From: Setoptus koraiensis
Lineage: Eukaryota > Animalia > Arthropoda
Reading direction: 5' to 3'
Assembly (NCBI GenBank): GCA_048013815.1
Contig: CM106585.1
Span: 4,898,001 to 4,962,000, forward strand
Length of the DNA stretch: 64,000 nt
Position numbers and translations under genes: made by a program. Shown piece by piece: positions 13,650 through 26,962 of the stretch (within the stretch, counting starts at the first letter, position 1; each line of letters starts with the position of its first letter). The notes below the pieces were generated by a model. That model did no database searches, had not been told where the DNA came from, and was given only the letters and a program-made list of their open reading frames with translations.

Positions 13650-16600
13650 ATGGTAGACGCCAGCGAGTGTAACATCAAAGTTGTTTGCCGTTTTAGGCCT
13701 CTCAACAGTGCCGAAGAAAGGTCGGGCTCGGAATTTATAGTCGGGTTCTCTTCTGGTTCACAAGAGTCAGTCACAATAAGAGGGAAAACCTATATTTTTG
13801 ATAGAGTATTTGGCCCAGAGGCCACCCAAGACCAAGTATATCTTGAGTCTGCCAAGCCCATCGTGAAAGATGTTCTCAGTGGTTATAATGGTACAATATT
13901 TGCCTACGGGCAAACCTCTAGTGGAAAAACACATACTATGGAGGGTGTAATAGGCGACGATAATTTGCAGGGCATCATTCCTCGTATCGTCAACGATATA
14001 TTCGAATATATTTGGTCCATGGATGAAGCTGCTGAATTTCATATCAAAGTCTCTTATTTTGAAATATACATGGATGGTATTACTGACTTACTCGATGTGA
14101 GCAATAAAAATCTTGCCGTTCATGAAGACAAAAATCGAGTACCCTATGTTAAAGGTTCGACAGAACGTTTCGTTTCGCATCCTAAAGAAGTCATGGATAT
14201 TATAGATGAAGGAAAGCAAAATAGGCATATAGCTATGACAAATATGAATGAACACTCCTCCAGAAGTCATTCCGTATTTCTTATTAACGTCAAACAAGAA
14301 AAACTAGAAAACCAAAAACAGCTCACTGGAAAACTATATTTAGTCGATCTTGCGGGATCTGAAAAAGTTAGTAAGACTGGAGCCGAGGGTATGCTTCTTG
14401 ATGAGGCTAAAAACATAAACAAGTCGCTATCAGCTTTAGGAAATGTGATTTCAGCCTTAGCTGACGGTAACAAATCTCATATACCATACCGTGATAGTAA
14501 ATTAACACGTATACTGCAAGAGTCGCTAGGTGGAAATTCCAGAACTACCATAATTATTTGTGGGTCCCCAGCTTCATTCAACGAAATGGAAACTAAGTCA
14601 ACCTTAGAATTTGGAAGACGTGCCAAGACTATCAAGAACACAGTCATTGTGAATGAGGTGCTAACTGCCGAAGAATGGAAGAGACGTTATGAAAAAGAAA
14701 AGGACAGAACCGCTAGATTGAAAAACAAACTCAAACAAATTGAAAATGAACTTAGTCGATGGAGGGGCGGTGAAGAGGTCCCTCGTAATGAACAATTGAA
14801 TTTACAAGAACTCGATGTGAGTAATCTAAGTGAATCAGTACAAAATCTAAGTGTTTTAAAGGCTTCGCCGTTCGGCGATTTATCTGCATCTGCCATGGCC
14901 TCACCCATTGCCCACGGAGAGAGAATGAAATATGAAGAAGAAAAGACGCGGCTGTTTGCACAACTAGATGAAAAAGATGATGAGATAGCTAGACAAAGCT
15001 CAATAATTGAAAGGTGGAAACAGCAGATGCAAGAGCAGGAAGAGCTTTTAAGGATAACTAAACGGCAATATGAAAGTTCCGAGGAAAAAATGAAGAGCAT
15101 ACAGTCAGATAGTAAGACCAAAAAAGAAGAAGTAAACAATTTATTAGTAGCTCTGCAAGAATTAGCTCAAAACTTCGATGAAAAAGAGGCTCAACTTTTA
15201 GAGAAGGGCCAGCAGATCGAAGCACTGAATCGCGATCTCACAACCCGAACCATGAGCTTGAATACATTGCAAGCAGAATTAGAGCAAACTAAAGAAGCCA
15301 GCACAGTGCAATTAAAACGCCTTAGTGAAATGCTGACCAACTTCCTCAAAGAGTTAAACGAAATAGCCAGTGTTCTTGGCACCCCTCCGGCGACTGTAAG
15401 CACGACGTCGCAACAAACTATTCAACAATCTAGTACCCAGGAAATAAGCAATAAGTTGGAGGATGAATTCACTGTGGCCCGCTTGTATATAAATAAAATG
15501 AAGTCCGAGGTTAAGACCGTAGTTGCTAAATGTCAGCATCTCGATTTATCTAACAGTGAAAGCACCAAAAAATTACAACTATACGAACGAGAGCTTGATG
15601 AATCCAAACTTCTCATTACTCAGCATGAAGCTAAAATGGCCACATTGCAAGCGTCTATGAAAGATATAGAGAATAAGAAGAGATCGCTTGAAGAAATGGT
15701 CGATCATCTGAATGAAGAATGTTCGAAACTCAAGGCACAAGAGGAGATGCATATTATGACAAGCAAGGAAAGAGAGAAAGAAAAAGACTCCGCCGAACAA
15801 ATCAAGAGCGCATTAGAAACTCAGATTGAGAAACATAGGGAGGCTCACCAAAAACAACTATCTGCCCTTAGAGATGAGATATCCGAAAAGGAGAATGCAA
15901 TTGAGCAATTGAAAGATGTTAACCAGAAATTCTTACTAGCACAAGAGAAGAATCAGATAGACCTCGATAAGCTTAGAGAAGAACTAAACGAAAAGACAGC
16001 CAAAGTAGAAGAGCTCTCTATGTCCAATAATAGAAGAGAGCAAGCTCAAGAAGATCTCAGGGGCTTGGAAGAGACCGTTGCACGTGAACTACAAACCCTT
16101 AATCGTCTACGAAAGATGTTCGTCCAAGACCTGTTGAGTCGCGTCAGGAGGTCTGCTGCAGGACAAGAGGATACAGAGATTGGCGGATCGCAGATACAAC
16201 AACATAAAATACAATTTTTAGAAAACAATCTAGACAAACTAACCTATATCCACAAGCAGGTAAGTATTCATGTTGTGATGAAGCCATTCATTAGTTGCTC
16301 ATGCTTGATATTAAGACACTTTCTCACGCCTTCTCACTGTTTGAATTTTCTAATGTAGCTTGTAACTGAGAACTCTGAGTTGAGGAGAGAAAAACCAAAA
16401 CTAAAGAAACATATCGAACTACTAATGGGACGTATAAAGGATTTGGAGAATGATCTTTGTAGAACTAAAGAGTTGGCAAATGAGGAGAAACGTCGATATC
16501 AACGCGAGTCTGATCGCATCAATGAGGCTGTCAGACAAAGGAATCTGATGGTTAATGGCCATGCTCAAATAGGTGAGTGTAGATCAAGCTCATTGGTAGA

Positions 16601-16740
16601 GCTAATTTTCTTGTTATATACGTGAACCCACATTTTAACTCCCTTCTCTTTCCTTCAAATGCACAGCTAAACCAATCCGAGCCGGTAAGCCTGGAAATGT
16701 ACACCGCCCTGTTGTTACCCCTGGTCCGTCTAATAAATAG
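13650..16740 (+). CDS. Khc: Kinesin heavy chain (kinesin-1, KIF5/Khc); exons 13650-16259, 16359-16572, 16667-16740
   Basis: Motor motifs CRFRP, GQTSSGKT (P-loop), NEHSSRSH (switch I), DLAGSE (switch II); coiled-coil stalk; REQAQEDLRGLEETVARELQTL light-chain-binding region. GT-AG splicing restores LVTENSELRREKPKL and the tail motif QIAKPIRAG. Confidence 0.98.
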
Positions 16741-16952
16741 TTCTTCAGGTCTAAGAGAATTGACAAGACAATGAAAAGTAATATAGACGCTAAGATATTG
16801 TTTCTTGGTACTGGAGAATTTTTACATTTTGTTATTAAAATCAATACAAGCTATAAATCAAATAGTTAATAGAAGTTGTCTGTTTAGAGAATGGCTCGAA
16901 ATCGTCTGAGATACTCTGTAGGTGCTTGGCCTACGTCTGACATTTCATTTAT

Positions 16953-17381
16953 TTAGCTTTTTTCACATGATGAACCTGTGTTGCTAAATCCAAAATTTAA
17001 TAGCGACACTCTTGGTATATGGTTGAGCACTGATGAAAGCCCTGGTATTTTGCTGAACAGTTGTGCGAACTTATTGCCTCGAACTAGTTGCGTTTCTAAA
17101 TCATCTAATGTTTTCATGGTATCTTGCAGGTAGTCATCAAAGACGTCAATCTGGCGATAAAGTACTTGGAGTTGATTGTGTTTTTCTTTTAATTTAATTA
17201 AAAAAGGCTCGCAAACCATGGCATGTTGTCTCATAGTTTCTAGAGTGGCACAAAACTCTTCCAATTGTGAGAGAAGTACCTCTACGGCGTCGTCCAACTT
17301 CTTTTTTGGTTTTTCTGTATCAACTTCAAAATACTTCATATACTTCTCTGTGATCTCAGCGGCCCATTCTTCCTCCGACAT
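16953..17381 (-). CDS. BLOC1S4: BLOC-1 subunit 4 (cappuccino)-like, single exon
   Basis: 142-aa ORF from MSEEEW with LDDAVEVLLSQLEEFCATLETMR and LQVLYRQIDVFDDYL, resembling recalled BLOC1S4 segments (VEDLLTRVDEFVGMLDMLR; MRRIYSRIDRLEAFV). Confidence 0.75.
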   Translation of the reverse strand: MSEEEWAAEITEKYMKYFEVDTEKPKKKLDDAVEVLLSQLEEFCATLETMRQHAMVCEPFLIKLKEKHNQLQVLYRQIDVFDDYLQDTMKTLDDLETQLVRGNKFAQLFSKIPGLSSVLNHIPRVSLLNFGFSNTGSSCEKS

Positions 17382-18736
17382 TGTTATTGGCGTTTGTGGA
17401 AATATCATAACCCGAAAAAAACAATAATGAGGCTCGCAAAATCAAGCAGCAAAGAATGCTGTAAACAAAAACATATGTCATATATTCAAGGAAAACCAGC
17501 TGATTGTAACTTCAGAAAGTGTCACTAGGGGCGTGCGAGGCAAACGACGGATAGCGCGCGGCATCGACCTAATTAGGAGAATTACAATTTGTCAATTTGT
17601 TTCATTTCGCAATTTTGTTCAGCAATCCTGAGAGCTTCACACTTCACACCAATAGTCTGAGATGCATTAGGTGAGCTTCTAAGTTACTTGTTAGTTCTGT
17701 TTGTTCATGAAACTCTATAATACATGAACACTCGACATTCCGATGGGTAATTGGATCGATCAAGTGATTAGCTGATTGATCATGCCCATCTAGTTATAAT
17801 CAGTAAACCGGGGTTGCTTCAACATCTGATGACCATACGATTTGTCTGATCAGTTTTGAGCCAAGTTAGACAGACTGCAGTAATTACTATCTCTATGATT
17901 TTATAAACAATCTGTGCTAAACAATTGGAATAGATCGAAAGATTATCAAAGTTAACATGTAAAATTCAGCACAATCCGTCTTGATTGGTACGTGACAACA
18001 CTCCTATTTCAACTATGCTATTGAAGAGTGTTGGAAGTGTCGGCAAAACATATAAGTCAAGACTATTTGCATTTTTTGTTCTCCTATTCATCTGGTCAGT
18101 AGGTACGATGAATTACCGAACAATTGAACCAAACAGATGTGATGAACTTGAGGATGAATATTTCAAGTGCTATCATTGGACTCCCCTAGCGAATTTATTG
18201 AGACATTTAGATAGTTCGCTCTCGAAACTTGACTTCATAGGATAGATTCTTTGGTGAGAACACAGCCATCTGATAGCATTCAATCTGGATATGTGCAAGA
18301 TATCTTGAGAAATCTGACACGGGTCACGGCAAATAAAGTGTCACTGAGTCTATCGGTCTTGTCGAGCTAAGTTATTGCCATCCTATCCCTGGTTAGAGTT
18401 GTTGTTGCTTTCTCTATCTATATTGTATTCATAATGAGGCAAAGTTAATTCACTGTCCTCAAAATTAGACCATCGTCTGATCGCAGGTTTATGAGAAGAT
18501 TAGATATATCAAATTTCGTCGATTATCCAAAGAGAAGTAGATATAGAGAAAAGAGAAGTGGTGTGTGCTCGCATTACTTTAGAGATTTAGTGATACTCTC
18601 TTCCTCTGTCAGTGTAATCGGCATGTTGTGCCTTCCCATACCAATAGATCTCTTACACAAATTCTTTTATATTCATTGATCTATCTCAAACAATTGATAC
18701 TTACTTATGAAGAAAACCATTCTCTAATTGAGAAAT

Positions 18737-19651
18737 CTTGGTGAATCTAAACTTCTCATTACTCAGCATGAAGCTAAAATGGCCACATTGCAAGCGTCTA
18801 TGAAAGATATAGAGAATAAGAAGAGATCGCTTGAAGAAATGGTCGATCATCTGAATGAAGAATATTCGAAACTCACGGCGCAAGAGGAGATGCAGATCAA
18901 GAGTGCACTGGAAACTCAGATTGAGAAACATCGGGAGGCTCACCAAAAACAACTATCTGCCCTTAGAGATGAGATATCCGAAAAGGAGAATGCAATTGAG
19001 CAATTGAAAGATGTTAACCAGAAATTCTTACTAGCACAAGAGAAGAATCAAATAGACCTCGATAAGCTTAGAGAAGAACTAAACGAAAAGACAGCCAAAG
19101 TAGAAGAGCTCTCTATGTTTAATAATATGAGAGAGCAAGCTCACGAAGAAATCAGAGGCCTAGAAGAAACCGTTGCACGTGAACTACAAACCCTTAATCG
19201 TCTACGAAAGATGTTCGTCCAAGACCTGTTGAGTCGCGTCAGGAAGTCTGCTGCAGGACAAGAGGATACAGAGATTGGCGGATCGCAGATACAACAACAT
19301 AAAATACAATTTTTAGAAAACAATCTAGACAAACTAACCTATATCCACAAGCAGGTAAGTATTCATGTTGTGATGAAGCCATTCATTAGTTGCTCATGCT
19401 TGATATTAAGACACTTTCTCACGCCTTCTCACTGTTTGAATTTTCTAATGTAGCTTGTAACTGAGAACTCTGAGTTAAGGAGAGAAAAACCAAAACTAAA
19501 GAAACATATCGAACTACTAATGGGACGTATAAAGGATTTGGAGAATGATCTTTGTAGAACTAAAGAGTTGGCAAATGAGGAGAAACGTCGATATCAACGC
19601 GAGTCAATCTGTATATGTGCAAGACATCTTGAGAAATTTTACGAGATATAA
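18737..19651 (+). pseudogene. Partial duplicate of the kinesin heavy chain stalk/tail (copy of 15594-16510), intron retained, frame still open from ATG 18779 to TAA 19651
   Basis: 18737-19605 aligns to 15594-16510 with an in-frame 48-bp deletion (HIMTSKEREKEKDSAE lost) and an identical 99-bp intron (19355-19453). No motor domain and no IAK motif. Ends in 15 unrelated codons. Confidence 0.9.
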
Positions 19652-19748
19652 CTGCAGAGTACCTAAAATTCTTCTTAAAGCATAGGTTAACAATCAAGAA
19701 CTATTAAGACAGCTTTTGTTTCAGTTGACATGTCTTTTATTTGTTGTC

Positions 19749-21991
19749 TCATAGAGTCAATGCATAACAACTCAAGTTGGAAGGATTATCATGATTTTCG
19801 TTTTTCATGGATTGTTGTTGATGCTGAACCGACAAAGCTGCTGCATTTTGAGATATAAACAAGGCAGCAGCCGCAGCTAGACCTTGTGAGGACCATGGTT
19901 GATTAGGATTCAATATGGGTGAGCGTTGAGCAGTTGATAAATTCATTGCTTGATTCTGGTAATCTATCTGAGGTGACTGTATTGAGTCTAGTTTTATCTT
20001 AGGTTTTTTGGCTGGATAAATATCATCATTAGATGGATTAGGATGTTTCTGAGAATTCATAGAATCTCCACTCTCTTTAGAATCCTCATCACCACTGGTT
20101 TCATTTTTATAATCTTCGTCTTGATAAGACATCCCACTGATGCTACTTTGTTGATCCGTAGACATGTTTGATTCTTCGTTGCGATATTGATTATTTCGTT
20201 CATGTTTCTTCAACCGTTTCTTATTCAATCTCATCATTTTGTTAGAGTTACAACTCTGCTCTTCGGACTGTACCCAATGACATTTCTCAACTCCTTTCAT
20301 TTGATCCTGACATGCGTTCAACTTTAAAACTAGCTGACCGTCCATGTAGAACTTGAGGGAACCAACATTTGATAAGCTGGGATCTGCATCGATAGAGCTG
20401 TTTGGTAATATTGGTTTAGCTTTCAAGGGTCGCACTTCAGCACCACATTTGAGCAGTTTGAGAACAATCAGACTATTCTGCTCTTCCTCATTCTTCAGTG
20501 TTTCAATTTTGACATCACTGGCAGACTTTGTCTTACTACGTTGATCGTCGGCACTATTATTGGTCTTATTATTAGTGGTCGAACTGCTATTTGATGAAGA
20601 ATTTGTTATGCCATTACTAGTAGTGCTGGTAGTAGAGCTGCTGCCAGTTGTCGACCCACCACCGCTTACACCACCACCACCACCACTTCCTGTGGATCCA
20701 TCACCACCACCGCCTCCTTGACCGTTGTAAGTTTGTTGCTTCTCTGGACTACTACATGCATCATGTTCAACAATACTCTGCTGTGTTTTTCTCTTTGAAT
20801 CGAGATATTCTCTCGTGCCAATGTAATAATATTCAACAATACTACGAACTGACTTAGAGGGTAGGAACTCTTTCTTGATGGCACCGAAGTTTTTGCCACA
20901 AATTTCTAGTGCTTTGGCAAATAGTTCTATCTCTTCCCGAGTCCAATCTTGACTTGAGGCATTTGATGAAAAGTCCTCGACATTTTTGGCATCTAACGCC
21001 TCTCGTGATATTGATGCTTGCTTGCTTGCCCTAGACCTACTAACTTTAGTTTCTTTGGGCCTTGATGTGTTTGACGATGTAGTCGTAGGAGGTCTCAGCG
21101 TACCTAAAGAATTGGTGGTGTTATTGTCAGCACTAGCTAAAGAAGTTTCGATTTGATTCTTTTTGCAGCCTGTTTCTTGATGACCGGGATGATGTAAAGA
21201 TATGAAATGTGATAATGCCTTGATGAATGGATTCACGTTAAGATTCGCAGATGAAAACGATGAATTCTGCGTCATATGCTGATTAACTGGATCGCTAGAA
21301 ACAGAGTTATTTTTGTTGTTTCTTTGGCTTGATGAAGTTGATGATTGCGTTGATGCTGTTAGATTGGTTTCGTGCACATTAGAATGATTTGCTGATTTCG
21401 GGCTTGATGACAAGTTGTTACTAGAGGATTGATGCGATGAGTTGCAGTTACTGTTCGAAACATTGTTGCTAGTGCTCGACTGTCCATTATATTGGGACAA
21501 CATTGTTGGTTTCAAAGATATGAGTGGTGTAGGTTGTATAACAGAGGCCAAACTGAGTCCCTCTTTGTTTTTGATATGATTCAAATCAGCAATAGTAACA
21601 TCTTTTCCAAGTAAGCATCTAGTCTCAACTAACGAGGCGAATAAATTTATTGATTTGGCCACATTAAAATAATGCTCCAATTCGGCATTAGTCAGATCAG
21701 CTGACTTGTTGGGACAAAATCTGAGAGTTTCTAGGTCGTCCAGTTTCCTTTTGTCTTTCTCGCCTGGTAATTGAGTTATTGATTGAAATTGAAAATGAAA
21801 CATATATAACGATTAATATGCTTGTACGCCTAAATAAACATGTGATAGTAATTATATAGAGAACCAAGTGTATCAAAACTTACCTGGCTTGAGGAGGGAT
21901 GGCACAGTGGCTTGATATTGGCGCCCAATCCTGATTCTGTTACGCAACGGATTTCTGGCTTCCTCGTCCCAATAAGAGTCAAAATCTGCAT
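19749..21991 (-). CDS. ELM2-SANT chromatin co-repressor (MTA/RERE-type SANT); exons 21991-21884 (or from ATG 22094) and 21763-19749
   Basis: ELM2 start RIRIGRQYQATVPSLLKPG, donor ccag|gtaagt at 21884, acceptor ttaccag| at 21764/21763. SANT WTREEIELFAKALEICGKNFGAIKKEFLPSKSVRSIVEYYY resembles the MTA/RERE SANT. No BAH or GATA finger seen, so no symbol given. Confidence 0.85.
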
Positions 21992-23010
21992 CTACAGAGC
22001 AAGATGATTGAGAGTTGGATTGATTAATCAGCTGGTCGTTTTGTTGTTTATTTGCCAATGAAGGTGGCAATAGGAAGCGATTTTGTCCGCTCATGGTTAA
22101 TATGTGTGGTATTAGGCTATTATTATAAAAATCGTTGATAGTGCGTCTGTGAGCGTGTATGTGTTACGTTTAAACCGCAACGACAGTGTCTAGATGAAGA
22201 ATATAAATGGCCAGAGCTATGTCATTATCATTTAAGACTAACGCTTGATGAATATGCGGTCACAGCAATACAGTATAGCCGTGTGCTGGGCTAACAAACA
22301 AATATTATTATATCTGAAAGGTTTAAATTATTTGTGCCAGTTATATTACTAAATTAGCTATTGTGCTTATAGCTATTTGAATAGTAGTAATAATGTAATG
22401 ATCAAGACTAACAATAGCAAGTTGCCATGAGCGACGTCTCGGGGTCGCTGAATTTGTCTTAAGGATTTGTTAAACAATAAATAGTAATGCTTCTCAATTA
22501 GTCAATCTTTGGATTGGTAAATATTTGCGAGTAAATGGCAACATTTGCGTGATGTAACAAATTTAGCGAATGCCTGCGTGTGTGTGTGTGTTTTTCGAAG
22601 CGCGGCTAGTGATGCGACCAACGGCCAATCATGGTGGCAACAATTTAATTGTTAGCTATTAATTAATAATAATAATTGTCCAAAAACAAAGTCGATTGTT
22701 TATAATACAAACAATGTATAATCATATAACAGTGTATATATTATATAATATTGTTTATATTATATAATGGGCAATATTTGAATAAGTAATAATAGCAGTA
22801 ATTATCGCCACACTATTGTGATTATTCTATTTGTAATAGTACATTTATATATTGTTATTGTTGTTGTGTGGGTCTGTCCGTTTGTCTGTCACTGTGTGCG
22901 TCTGTCTGTGTAGATGCCTTCTCCTTGTTCAGCGCGCACACACACACACACCCAAAGGTTCGATAGTTACGCACACACACACCACACAGAATGTTGCTGG
23001 CTCTTTTCTG

Positions 23011-23046
<36 letters not shown>

Positions 23047-26000
23047 TGTCGCCCGTTCATCAACAATGTGCGCACACAGCACAAATGCTATCAAGCACCG
23101 CACAGCAAACACACACACACACTCACAGGCAAGGAACACAAGAATCCTGTGAGGCAGTTAGAGAATCTCTAATGGAGATTAGATAAGTGTGCGTGTGTGT
23201 GTGCGCGTTGACTTGAGACACACACACACACACACACCGTGTTTATGTGTGCATTATGTCAGCAGCATTTCACCGAACTGTGTGTGTGTGTGTGTGTCTG
23301 TCTGTCTGTCTGTAATGCGAAGCGCCCTAACCACGGGACGGAACGCGACGACACACACACACACACAAACACACTCAAACATAGCAAGTGTTGCGCTGTC
23401 GGAGAAAGAGCAACATACAATGGCAACGGTTTCTATACTTGACGAGTGTAATGGCGGTATCATCGCACAAACAATTGTTATTATGCAACTCGCTTACAAG
23501 TTAGGAAGCTCGTTGTGAAGTTCACACTATCTGCGAAATAGTCGCTACTGCTGATAATGACTGATGCCTCTCGACGCGACCGACAAATGAACTACATGCA
23601 GACGTCGTCGCATTTTTTGCTCTTCTACCACTCACAAGTCAAAAGCCAGTGAGAGGCAAACTTATGTGAGTGTGCGAAGGGTGCCGAAATCAAGCCGTCA
23701 TGTTGGCGAGCACGGTGAACCGAATTCGCCAATGGTATTCATGGCGGTTGTCTGTTGTTTTGTTCGACGAACGCCAAGCAAACGCATGATGTATAATCTG
23801 GCAGCGGCTTGATATGGACAGGCTAAACACTATCGATTGTAATTATTTAATCGACTACAGGTAAAGGAGGTGCACTGTTGTAAAAAATGTGCACAAACTG
23901 GGTTGGTATAAACAGTTTTTGTAGTGGCACTTGTGTGTATGATATAGGATGGCATAATGAAGCGAACGAGAGCGTTTGATGCGCACAGGCACAGAGTGCG
24001 TTTGTGTTCGCGTGCGCCGTTACTCTTGTGTGTGTGTTTATGGTGAGTAATTCATGGCACAGTGTGCCATGAATTAGTACAGCCTGATTAGTGCAGCGGT
24101 GCTGTTATGCACAGAATGTGCCAACGATAGTGCTTTAGAGTAGTGAGAGTATTGCAGATAATCAATAGGAAATTGCGCACTTGCTTGAGCGAGCCCACAT
24201 ATATAAACTAATGTGTAATGAGTGCCAATTTGACCTAAATGATAGACACACTGTCTGGTATCCGCTGCAATTGCGCAACACAACCACCGTAACCAATTCC
24301 TCGACACACACTGGTCGTGACAGTGGCCGCTTGGGGGAGACACAGTATGGCGTAATTGTTTGTTGTGTCGTCGCTGGTTGGTCCGCTGTCAGTGGAGCGG
24401 CGGCCGGCCGGCCGGCGGAACAGCCGAAATGGGACATGGTCTCACACAGTATGTCGGTGTGATCCAGCGACGAGAGAGGCGACAGAGGGTTGTCGTGTCG
24501 ACTGCTCAGCTGCACGGACACACACACAATTGAATTATTGGGGCACACTTTCAACTTGTTACCACAGCCCCGACGACAGCGGATAGAAGCCGTCGGCGCC
24601 GCTGCCGGAGCCTCACCTCGGCTGTTCCGACGGGCCGCTCGAGTGTGCCGGCGCTAACAGGGGAAGCGCCGCCGCTCTCGTTTGGGGCCCGCGCGTCCTT
24701 CCGCCGTCGTGTGTGCAGTTTGCGGGCCAGCGTGCCGCCGCTGCGCCACGTCCCGCAATAGGGGTCGTCGGCACAGCGGTGACTTATGGCATCAATGCCC
24801 AATGGCGTCGTATACGCCGTCGTTTATACATGATGGTATCTATGCGACGATGATTTGCACACCAGCCCACGAGTTGGAAGCCTAAAACATAGAGCACACA
24901 CAAATCAGTGTGTGATCTCTCACTAATCAGGCTATCACAACATGATGCGATGTTGAGTGCAGCCATAACTGCATTGCACTGTATACAACAAGCCCGCGAA
25001 CGTATCATGGGCAGGGGCAGCTGGCAGCCAGCGAGCATTTTTATCGCGTATCAAGCTGCAAACAAACGGCGAGAGTGCCAGTCGCTCTGTACATTTAAAT
25101 TGAGTTCAATTGCGATAGTCGCAGTTGCGAGTCGCAATGGCGCGGCCAGCATGAAACTGTACTGCATATATATATATGGCGGCCGCGCCGCAGTCGTGTG
25201 TAACTAACACGCAGATTGAATGATGAACAAAAGCCAACAAAGCTGACAAACGGGCACACGCCGCTCATCGCGCCGGCCAAATAGAAGCGATGCCAGCCAC
25301 AGAGGAAGCACACGCAGCGAGAGAAGTCGCTGCTCCGGGCTGCGAACTTCGAACTCCGGCCGAGCGCTTCGAAGTTCGAAGCGAGCGCTGCGAGCCGGGC
25401 GCTTCTAAGTTCGAGCCGTGCGCCGCAGCCGCTGCTGCCAGTCCGCTCGGCGGACACTTGAGGAGGCGAGCCCGACGGAGGGGCAAAACACACCATGATT
25501 GGCGATGTGTTTGGCTCTCTGAGTTGCCTGACCACCGTTGTCAGCAGCCAGCCGTGCCATTACTCGTGGGCCGTCTACTCGCTATACGTGACAACGACGA
25601 CCGGCGCGCCGACAACGACAAACGGAATAGAGGAGGAGGGGGCAACAAAAGAGGACACAAAGAACGAGCCAACCACAAACAAAAGTAGAGCGCTACTGTC
25701 GCGCCAGTCCATTTAACATATCCTCGCGTGTGTGTATGTGTGTGCCGACGCAGCGCAATAACAGATACAAGAGACTGACGAATTATTATTGATATTGCTA
25801 CCATTATTATTACTATTACCATTATTATTACGGCCACCGTTGATTCCGCCGACCCGGCGCGCGCGCGCGTATCATTAGCGACACACACACACACACACAC
25901 ACTCACTCGATCGATTGGGGCCCAGTTTTTGGCCCGAATGGGGGCCACAACTGCAGCCGCGACGAGCAGCATCGTGATGCGCGCGCCCCAAGAGTGTGTG

Positions 26001-26844
26001 TGTCCAGTGCTCACTTATTGGCCTGTTTATATCTGCTTGTTTGTTTATACCATCGGTCTGCTTGTACTGCCTGTCTGCTGTATATACGCTTGCGGGTCGC
26101 TCAGTAACGCCGGCCCGAGCGCGCTGGGGCCCAGTCGCGGACAGCGGCCATTCGTCGCGGGTTGCCCAAGTTGCTCGAACGGGCCCATTCCCCCCACCCC
26201 CAAAAAAACATGCTACATTGCTCATCGTGACAAGCGGACTAACGGGCCGAATAACGGGGTGCACCGTGCACTGGCATTGCTCTGGCTTGTCAATACCGTT
26301 GGCTGCAGTTCGAGAAAAAACCGCTCGAGGTCGCTTTTTGTAGACGCATATTTCGTGCGCGACTTCGAATGAGCATTCGAAAAACAAATCAACACGAAAA
26401 AAAGAAGAAAAAACGCAACATTTATCGAGACACCTCAACACTGTCAGTGCATTTTTGTGCTGACGCCAGCGCCCCTCGCGTCTTTTTCTCGAGCTACGGT
26501 CAAAGGTATTGGCAGATTTGCTGCACCCAGCACACAGCGAGCTGCCATACAAAGTTTGTGGCACGGCCTACTTTGCGCCTCGGCCGCCAGGAACCGCGGT
26601 TACGTAACACAAACAGTGAACAAGTGAACGGGCCGGCAGCAGCTCGAGAATATGAATAGCGCTGATGTATTCATACACGCGCTCGCTCATTCATATTAGA
26701 CGGTTCAACTGTTTCGCGGGGCACGAATAAACAATGACTGCCACGCGCTACAATCGCTACAAACAGAAATCTTTTCCCTCGGCGGCCCGTGTTCGACCCG
26801 CTTGAAGGGCCTCTTCACAACACTGGCGCGCTGCCCTGTTGACC

Positions 26845-26962
26845 CGGCAGCGCGGCGATCGGGCAGCGCGGCGATCGGACAGCGCGGCAATCGGGCAGCG
26901 CGGCAATCGGGCAGCGCGGCAATCGGGCAGCGCGGCAATCGGGCAGCGCGGCGGTCGGGCAG
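26845..26962. repeat. GC-rich minisatellite, 16-bp unit GGGCAGCGCGGCAATC, about 7.4 copies
   Basis: Seven consecutive units starting at 26845, 26861, 26877, 26893, 26909, 26925, 26941. Confidence 0.95.

Noticed and set aside
16260-16358. ORF-track C-terminus VSIHVVMKPFISCSCLILRHFLTPSHCLNFLM on both kinesin copies
   Set aside because: Read-through of a canonical 99-bp intron; splicing restores the conserved kinesin-1 sequence.
26845-26962. Tandem arrays (16-, 21-, 23-bp units) as CRISPR-like repeats
   Set aside because: Contiguous units without unique spacers, eukaryotic context, no cas genes.
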